Of a stretch of 64,000 nt of DNA, positions 52,701 to 62,353 are shown in pieces. The stretch's first letter is position 1. Every line of letters begins with the position of its first letter. A model generated the notes under the pieces. It was not told the DNA's origin. It worked only from the letters and a program-made list of their open reading frames with translations, and did no database searches. Made by a program: the position numbers and the translations under genes. Source of the stretch: Ophelia neglecta (lineage: Eukaryota); assembly GCA_965285935.1 (NCBI GenBank), contig OZ260667.1:23684001-23748000 (forward strand), given 5' to 3'.

Positions 52701-55700
52701 CTGCACTGGGCTCGTAGTCCTCCCGACGGGCCGGCTATTGTTGAATGGAATTTGAGAGTGGCGTCCCGGGTGACTAGGCTCCTCTCGGCCGGGCGATGGA
52801 GACACGGTCTCCCTCATCTGCCATGCCGGGCGCCGGGCTCCGGCTCCCCGCTGACTCACCAGGCCGTGCTCCCCATGTCGCCCACCATCTACAGCCACCT
52901 CCCGAGCCCCGTACTGGCCCGACCCTCGGGACCATTACTAGGCAAAACGAATAAGGTATGCAGCCGGCTAAACGTTCGAAACCCGTCTGAATGCTAAACG
53001 ATACCAGCGTAAATGTTTCATGACCCGCCGTTAATTGAATCCTCGGCTCTACGACCAAACACGGCACGGTGATAATTGCGTTACGAGTTGGACGGGCTCG
53101 AAGATTGTCCTCCGTCAGCAGCATAAACCATCGAATAGACAAACCCATCTGGCAGAGCTTGGCCGGTCAAGTCGGTCCACAGGCAGATTGGGGCTGCCGG
53201 CAGAAACGCTTACTCTTTTCCAATGAAAACAGGTGGCTAAGTAAATACCATGAAATTGTTGTTTTGTGTCTTACAAGACCTGACACTCTGGCAGGGCTAC
53301 CCGGGTGATAATCCAAGGCTAAAGCCCTCCTCCACGTGTCTCTGCCAAGGTGGACAAACATCGCCCAGACTAAATAAACGGACTCCAGCGATCAAACTTG
53401 ACTTAAAACTCTCTATTGGAGATCTGGTTACATGGCAATGTCCGCCTTGCAGGTCAAACAAGGGAACATGAGTCAACAGCCCCGAGTTCCTACCTCATCA
53501 AGGAAATCCCAAGATTTGTTGGTCAGGCAACGAAGTCGCTCGCAAAGTCCTGGTGGCGGACCAACATTTCGCCCATCAATCTACCTTAGAGCGGTGCTCA
53601 CAATATCTAGGTCAAGTCCCCATTGTCCCCCAATAGGTGCCAAAAGACGTGGAGGCTCTTAGATAGGCCGTATGTTGACCTAGTTGTCCTGTTGTGTCTT
53701 GACATGAGCACACAGCAAGTCTAACAACAAATAAGCCAGCTCTGACCTCCTTCTAAAAGAATCCAGGTCAGACAAAAAGCTTTGGAAATCAACTTTTGGG
53801 GCTGACAACTATTTGGAAACATTGTGATTGATGTAGGATTTTCCGCATCAATAGACAGTTCTATATGAGAGAAGTATTGGCCAGGGGAATATCTTGTTTC
53901 AGGAAGCCCACCTCCTATCCTCGCCCTCTCAGCTTCCCAGTTTTGCCCCCACGGGTTTTACAGACGGGGAAAGGAAGATATTCCCAGACCGGACGCTATC
54001 TCGAGGCGATCGTCGTCTACCCGCCGTATGTTTCGGTTTGATATCGATTTCTGTCCATGTTGCTGTCACTCAGAGCGCGCGTTTCGGTTTACCTGCAGGC
54101 TCTTTATGGCGCCTGAGTTCCCGGAGGACTAAGCTCTGTCCGGGGAGACTAAGTCTCCAGGATTATCAGTGCACCCGGCCCCGCTATTTCCCAACCACCT
54201 CAAACATCAAATTGTCTGCAGACTTCCCGCCTTTTCATCACAACTTTCACCCGCCTTTGCTGGCAGCAATGAGGTCAAGCACAAAACATTCATTCATGTA
54301 AAACTCATAAGCATCGCTAAATACATCGCAAAATGCTGCAAGAAGAAAAAACTTGCTCCAAGTAATACCCAGTCTAGTTCGTCCCCTGCCGAGCGCCACA
54401 GCGAAACTCAATAAACAAGAATCGTGAGAAGATAAACAATTGGGGGGAACAATTACAAGGAATGCCATAAGATCACTTTCAGTCTGGCACACAATGATGG
54501 CGGCGACCCGCCAAGGGATCTGTTGGACTGTAGCAAGAGAAGAGTCCACCAGTCTGGGGTATAACTCTAAACAGCTGTAGTTTATTTGGCTGTGTATCGA
54601 GGAGAGTGACACTCACTTGTGTGTTTGTCTGAACCCCCACTCAACCTCCTATTGACATCTCTCTGCCCTCCCGCTATAAAATTGTCTTGACTTAAAGTGT
54701 TTGGTAATTGTAGATATTTTCTCTCACAACACTACAGTGAGACTTGATGGATCGCTATGCTTCTCATGTGGTTCTTCACTCGGGACTCAGGCGACATCCA
54801 GACTGAGAATGAGCGGCTTGCTTCCTTACTTGTTGGTGTTAATAACAGCTAGCAACTCGCTAAAGCGCCACCAATAGTCAAACACCAAGCTACTATTTCA
54901 AATTCAAAACAACACAAGATAGAAATCTGTGATGGCTATGGTCCTTTATCAAGATTGATTTGGTAATTCAACTGTCTATGTCTAAGCTAGTGTCCGTCCA
55001 TTAAGCCACGAGCATGTGAAGGCAGCAGTGTGTCTATTGATTGCTCGACCGGCGAGAAGACTGTTTTGGTTGGTCTACAAAGGCCAGAAGCCGAGCCGTG
55101 TCCATACCGACTGTGGAGACACAACATTCCTGGAATGGATGGACTGGTCTCTCACAGCTTGACCCTGTTGTCAATTGTCTGTTGCCATCTCAGGTAGCTA
55201 CCTTCATTATTAGCCATGGGAACCGGCCACATGGCCGTTGCAAAGCACCTGAGCAGGAACTCTTTCCGGCACTGGATAAGTTTCTATAGCTCTTGATGTC
55301 GACTGGCCAGCCGGTAGTCCGGCAGACAGTGGGCATGATTGACTCCGGAGTGAGAGCTGCTATGGCATTGATGGCTCCTCGAGCAATCAGCTACCTGGGT
55401 GACGGCACATCAAACTCTTTGTATAATAACACTGTTGAACTGCCGCCTGGGGCCAATGACACTCTTACGGCTTATCTGGCACCACCATTTAGATTTAGAG
55501 AGGCATTTATTGAGCATTACAGCGGCAGGATTAGTTGATTTTTACAAGTATCCGATACCAATGTAGATTGGTATGATCTTTGGGCCATGTGTAAGAGCGG
55601 AAAACTTGCCGGCAATCCATCGACCAGGGGAGGTACTACGGCGATTACCCAAATTGATCAAAGCCCAACTGTACTCTCTGATTGACAGATCACATTGGGT

Positions 55701-58439
55701 ATATGCCCATACACATATCATCTTACCTAGCTGGCTGTTGAAATAATAAACTAGTTCTGAATAGCATTGAAATTCTCTCTCAAGTCACTTCACAAGTAGA
55801 TGCTCTCTTCCTTGGCTCGGGACAGTCAAGCCTTTCATAGGGAGCGAATGAAAGACGTTCAATTTAACATCAGAATAACTTCCACGCCATTGCTTTCTCA
55901 TTGACTGCTCCCTTACAGCGTATGTTTATGTTACGAATGTAGGAGCCCCGTCAAGTGGAAACAAGCCCTTAAACTGACTGAAAGAGATTCGCACATCATT
56001 ATTACTGGATGAATATTTACAAAATATTTGGAACAGCTGAGTGTATGCATGGCCGCCCTTCAATGCATTATTGGCTATGCCTTATACAAACACGAAGCCT
56101 CTATAGCCTAAAGCAGCAGATATTGAAACCGATTGTGACAGCAGTCAAGAGATTGCGGGATCGGAGTGAAATTATAAACACTTTATCACAGTGCTCACCT
56201 CGCTAGCCTGACCTTTAAATCCACCTAAGCCCATACTTCAAAGCTCCGCGGAAGACACTATATTGTTAATAAATGGCTATATTTAATTCGACCAAACTTC
56301 GCACGCATATACCTTATATGAAAAGAAACTAAGTTGAACCCCTGCCAAGGCTGAGCCGGTGACAAAGACACTCCGTGAGAGGCTGGTAACCTACACCCCA
56401 TGCACTTCACCCATCAACCGACTCGCTTGAAATTCGCTTTGACACCTTCCAGCCCTCGCTGAAATCTATCTGGCTGTTTTACGGGCAGCGAGATGGGAAT
56501 TTTACCTGGCTGCCATCAGACCGCTAACCTTTGTAGGCAACAACACCCCAGCGTGAGCCGCGAACACCAGTGTGCTTGTCAAAGAAATTTATAGCCTTCC
56601 AGCACACAGTTGCTCGCAATTCACGCCAAACTGTTGCCGTTTTGATGGCTGACACTTTGTGTCATTTTGCCGGTGTTGGTGGTCCGATACACAGGGTATA
56701 CACTCTTAAACACATCCGGGCTACTTGTTTTCCAACTTCCACAGCACCATCTAAACTCCACATATTCCGGAGGCTGCCAACCGTACAGAAAAACGATGAC
56801 TTTACTGGGTTATCATAACTTATCTGAGGCACAGCCGTCTGCCTCGCTATTCCCATCATCGTGGGTTGCATAACGCCAGTTAAATTGATACAATGTTTAA
56901 GTAGTTCTGTATGATAGGTGACCCGTATGTTGGCTATGTATATAATCACCGACCCTTGACTATCAGTCATCAACTTCTGAAACACCTTTGCTTTCATTCC
57001 CATAATGATAGAAACTGTTGCGCCAAGGGACTATGAGGGATTGCCAATCCGCGAATGCTTACATTGTATAGTTACTGTCTCGGAATGTGCCTTCTCTAAA
57101 CACAAATACTTAACCGAGCACTTATACCCAACCTTTGATGTGAAACATTGGCACTTTTTTGTACAGAGCTTTTAGCCAAATAAATTATTACGGAGTGACA
57201 CACTCCATTACAAAACACTGGTTTCTAAGTGAACTGGCTCGTTAAATATATGAGCCGATATATAAATTATGTGTAAGGTATATTTTTGATAGAATGCATT
57301 GAATTCCTGTCCAATCTGGGCTAGTGCCTGCAATCTTTGCCAGGGAGGACATTAGAGAAGCCACCGTTGGTGATTAAGGCTACTTTTGTTTTATAGGAGG
57401 CTTAACTGGCGGTGATGGTCGAAGGAGATCGCCCATATAGGACCGCTAATACGCAGCAATCTTGTTAGCGATATTAGGCAGACCGCATTAGGTACTTATT
57501 GGGGCGTTTGACCCCTTAGTGGCTGCCCTGCTTCTGAGAGATTGCGGGCAGCCTCTGTTTGCCTGTAAAGCAGCTCAGCCTAGACATCGCTCTCATCTTG
57601 AAATTGAAGGATTGGTTCGAGTATCTTGGCACAAGAATTATAAAACCTCACACTAAGCTTCTTGATGTAAATATAGGTAATAACTACAGAAAGTGGCTCA
57701 ATCTATCACAGCACACTAACAACGATATGTCATTAATGCTTCTGCTCATGTCTTCCCTACATAACTCGATACACAGGGTTTGACGAGGGACAGACGTCTG
57801 GAGGAGGAGTTTACAGATGAGGGGAGGTGAAGGGGCAAACGTAAAAAACAGCTTGTGTCTGTGTAGCTGAACGCTAGAACCCCGTTTGCGAGGAGGGACG
57901 AGGGAGACTCGAGGAGAGACGAGGGGGCGCGCCCGGCTGTCCTGGTTGCCCTACCTGGCATTCTTTGACAGGGAGGACGTGATCAAGCCAGGCAGTCTAC
58001 ATGGCCAGCCCCGGGAGGAGAGGTAAAGCAATCCCCAGGGGATGAAGCTCCGTCGACCGCCTAAGCCTGCCAGCTCAGTGCTTGCTTTCCCTTCGAGCCG
58101 GTTGACCGCAATTAGCATGCAATCTGCCTTCAAGGCTGCTGCTGCAGGAAGGATTCTGTAATTACGACTCGGCGCCAAGGAGGCGAGGGACAGCAAACCA
58201 AGTCAGTGGCTACTCAGAACAGGACTGTCTGCTTACAACCCTAAATCAAACTTTATCTTTAACACCAAGCAGGCAGCGTAGTGCAACCAATGCATTTTCA
58301 AAAAATAAATCATACTGCGTGTACACATATTATTTCATTGAAAAAGTTTCACTATGAGCGACAAGGTTATATTGCTTCAAGGAACCAAGCACGGAAAATG
58401 CAATATGGGACAGAGGGAGCATGCTGGGATCGGCCAGAA

Positions 58440-58632
58440 ACCATCTGCCGGGGCTGGAGACATGCCTGGGTAACTTCCTGTCTTAGTAGAGCCGAGGATA
58501 GCTCCCCCTTCCCAGCCCCGTCCTCGGCCCAGGCTCCCTGGGCCCCCGGCCTGCCGCTCAGCACAGCGCCCGCAATAGATCATTCTATTTCCTGACTCGG
58601 AGTCGGGCAGGTGGTCGGCGCGAATGTGCCGG
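58440..58632 (+). other. Intronic structured module with alternative pairings
   Basis: ACCATCTGCC/GGCAGGTGGT, GCCTGG/CCAGGC, GCCGAGGA/TCCTCGGC, CGGGGCTGG/CCAGCCCCG. Confidence 0.6.
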
Positions 58633-59486
58633 GACGGGCGTGGTGGTAATTTGTCAAGCCAGCAACTGGAGTTCTCACTTCTGATCACATACAGAATCAT
58701 TCATCTCCCTTGTCTGTTTGTCGGAGGGAACCTGCCTTGTTACTCCACGAAACTGATATTACACAACCCATAAGACGATACTGCAAGAATGCTCAAGAGT
58801 TATTTTTATCAAACTAAACGAAAAACATAAGCAGATAAAACACAAAACTACTGCCAAACACTTGCACTGGCTTATTCCGGTGTTGAGATAAGGTCCAGGT
58901 TAAGGAGTAGCTAATACACAACCCAACAATGTCGCCCCTTATTCCGAGTAAGTGACCTGCAAGAGGGTCTCAAGCAGCAATGAGTCCAGCCAAGGCTGGA
59001 GCCCAGAAGACAGATAGCCAGCCAGACTAAGCCCAGCCGGCCTCAGAGTGAAACAATCATCATACAATTAGAGAGGAATGTTTATTGTCAGATGATGATT
59101 GCGAGTCTTTGCTGGACCTCAATCGGGTATAAAACGTCACTGGACAGCTTCCTCCCCCGGGCAGCGCATTCCACCGACTGCTAATAGAGGCCTTCTACAC
59201 ATCAAGCCTGTCAAAACTCTGATTAGACCACAATCACAGCTGCAGCCTTGGCAATGGACTAACTGTTATTGATAGAAAAGGGAGGGAATATCTGTCAAAC
59301 TCACTGCAAGAATATACCCCAGACAGGGCTCACAATGATTGCTTTCACATAAAATTATGCTCTCGCGCCATAATCATTTTCTTTAGCTTCAACGTGGAGT
59401 AGTTTCTTTGTATTGCAACCTTCCACACTTCAGGTCATAAAGTTATAATCATTGAGTGAGCTGCAGCCTGTTGTGCGCATGATGGA

Positions 59487-60020
59487 GGCCGAGCACCAGT
59501 TGCTGGAAAGCTGGCGGAATGAGCCCCTCGAGAGGGGAACAAGCTGCCCGCTACACTACAGAGCCAGAGCCAGCTTTGTCGGCCAAAACCCCGGATCTAT
59601 AGCTACGACTCCCCAGCGGAGGCGGATCAGGCTGTTTTATACAAATCTGGCAGATATCCGGGCCATATAGGTGCTGTTAGGAACGCTTGATGGCCCAATC
59701 GGGAGCCGGGAGACAAGCAGCTTACAGCTCACCAACCCCCATTCAGCTCGGCCGGAGAGCTGCTCCTCTCCCCCACGTGTAACATCCAACAAGTGGGCAG
59801 GGCAGTCTGAAATCTCCGGCGGGCCACCAGCCCAACTCTTGGGGGCCTGCAGCCCAACCGCCTCAACGTAGCCACTGATCAATATGTCATTCCTTAGCAG
59901 CTTGTCAAACACGGAGAATGGTGTATAAGCCGGGCGAGTCAGCCACAAGAAGACAGCACCCGACGGGTTTAAGCCTTCCATCCCGCCGCTCGATGGCCCG
60001 GCCCGGTGATTTGCACCACC
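59487..60020 (+). other. Intronic structured module (several consecutive domains)
   Basis: GGCCGA/TCGGCC, AAAGCTGGC/GCCAGCTTT, CCCCTC/GAGGGG, CCCGGAT/ATCCGGG, TGGCCC/GGGCCA, GCCGGAGA/TCTCCGGC. Confidence 0.6.
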
Positions 60021-61793
60021 GCCAGATTTGAAATGACAGGCAAAGGAATTATGATGTTGTAGCCACAGCTGAGACCGAGGCGAAAATGTCAGATTTAAAT
60101 CCATTCACGTGCTTTCACGGGTACCACTTCTACCCGCCACACATCTTGGCCTGCCTGAAAAACGATATTCGCTCGTGTAGGCCACGTTGTGGTAAAAATG
60201 TAAAGTGATGAGACTAAGCAATTTGGGACAAACACGCTATCCAACTCCTTCAGAGATACCAGCTCTGTTGTGGTTTGAGACTGAGTCCGCGGCTACCAGA
60301 CACAACGTCAGCGAGTCTTACTCCTCGAATCTATCTTAGTCGGTTGCCAGCAAAACGCGGAAACCGCCAGAGACAGCGCTCTATACCACTGTCCTTGAAG
60401 ATAGATTCTTTCTGTCGCATTGCCATTGTTTGCCACACGTAGATTGTCGGGTGTGTGTAGGATGGTGTACATCGGACGGCTCGGGGAGGATTAATCATCG
60501 CTCATAGACAGCTCTGACCTCACTAAAGGAAACATGAGTATAGGGCATCCAGCGAAATGTCTCTTCCTCGGACTAGGGCGGGGCAAATATACCTCACATT
60601 TATATCAATATGGCCAATAATCAGGATGCCAGAACAGATAATTAGCCGGTTCTAAAGAAATCTGCAGACAAACCAGAGATAATTTACCCCCTCTAAACCA
60701 AGGCATTGTCTGCTAGTGTTAAGCCTTGAGACAAAAATCACCACAAGCCAAATCAAAGACGACAACATGTCATAAAGTGGGTTCTTACAGAAGGAGAACT
60801 GCCTTGTTTGTACAGGGTCATTGTTCAATGGCTTACAAACCGCCGACAACAAGACACAGCCAAAGGACCACTCGATGCCTGCAAGGCCCACTTAGCTGGG
60901 GTAATTGAAGTCCTGCTCGGTCGACAATTAGCAGTATAATTGCATGTAATACGTTTAAAACCGGTTGAAGTGGGCCGAGCAATTAATCAGAAGGCAATTA
61001 ATGGTTGGATGAAGGATGTAAATGGTGAATGCTGGTAGAGTTTTGTGTAGGGGAGAACAGGTTGACTGCTGAGTTAAGTACTTCACAGTGGACAACAATT
61101 GGATTACATTGACCTGTAACTGAGTTATCCCATTGCATGACAAGCAGCTTGACGCCGGACGCTTGTACGATAGTCGTGGAAACGGCATCTTAAAGGAAGC
61201 AACACGCCGAGTCCAGCCACACCCCAGCGGGCAAACATGACTTGTTAACTATTATGTTATCCCTTCCCTTCTGCGCAAGTCTGCACGCGATATTCATATC
61301 TCACCATGTGATACATCCCTTTATCTCGATCTTCAAAGATGCTATATAAAAAGCTTAAATTAGCAATACCTATGTTTGGGGTTGCATCATGGCAAAGTTA
61401 TTCTGATAAAGACGATTTCGGACTAAACTGTCGCGCGCTCGCTATTATATTTAAATCGTGGCCATTATTTTTTTCGCCTTTTTGACTCATTTTGTATAGC
61501 TGTATATACCTTTATATACTGTATGCCCTATAATAATGCAGACATAAAACAACAGGATAAAAGAGGCCCGAGGGTGCTCTACTGTCCGGGTAAAACAAAA
61601 ACGCTTTTAGCTGGTTAAAGTTGGTGATTAGATTAAGGTCATCACAGTTCGATTGTCAGGCATTTCCAGGGAAAATCAATTCCATGGAAGCGCGGCCCTT
61701 GTCGACGTGGCCGTGAAGAATCTCATTGTGTTAGTTATCTGGCGCTACTAGGGGATGAAGCCAGTGCTATCTGTCGCCACACAAACCATGGGA

Positions 61794-62020
61794 GTCTGTC
61801 AGCCCTAGTCTCGCGGGAAGCGGCGTGAAGCCCACGGGAAAACATACCACCCTTTCAGGCGAGTTGGCAAGGGGATTGGGGAAGCGGCCAATGCTTATCT
61901 CCCCTCTGCAGGCGAGGGGGTGGCGTGCCCCTCTCTCATCAGGCCTGCAGGGATCGGCGGACACAGCGCACGGTCTCTCGCCCCGTGCGATGAGACTCGC
62001 AGGCCTATAGACAGGCAGAC
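61794..62020 (+). other. Intronic structured module
   Basis: GTCTGTC/GGCAGAC, AGTCTC/GAGACT, CTGCAGGC/GCCTGCAG, GAGGGG/CCCCTC, CGCACGG/CCGTGCG. Confidence 0.6.
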
Positions 62021-62339
62021 AATGGGGAAGAGGAAGGATGGCCATTGAACCTCGGCAGGGAGATTCTTTGAAGTCAGCTCGCCTCCATTCACGCTATTGC
62101 TGGCGAAATCGAAGAGATACCCGCTTCGTTCAAAGCACACCGCCACAAAAACTGCCATTGATCAGTGCACAATTCTGTTGCCGACCCCAGCACGACGTGT
62201 CTTATTGAAAAGACGACAGGAGAGCGTGCTAGAGTCGTCAGGGCGTGTGGTTAATACTCAAGTATAAACAAGAGTGCTCTACACCGACACAAGTGGCTGT
62301 CGGACTTGTAGCGCCGATCATTACCGCTACTTGAACAAG

Positions 62340-62353
62340 ACACTAGATGGCGA
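62340..62353 (+). promoter_or_regulatory. CTCF-like motif
   Basis: ACACTAGATGGCGA versus consensus CCASYAGRKGGCRS; motif match only. Confidence 0.35.
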
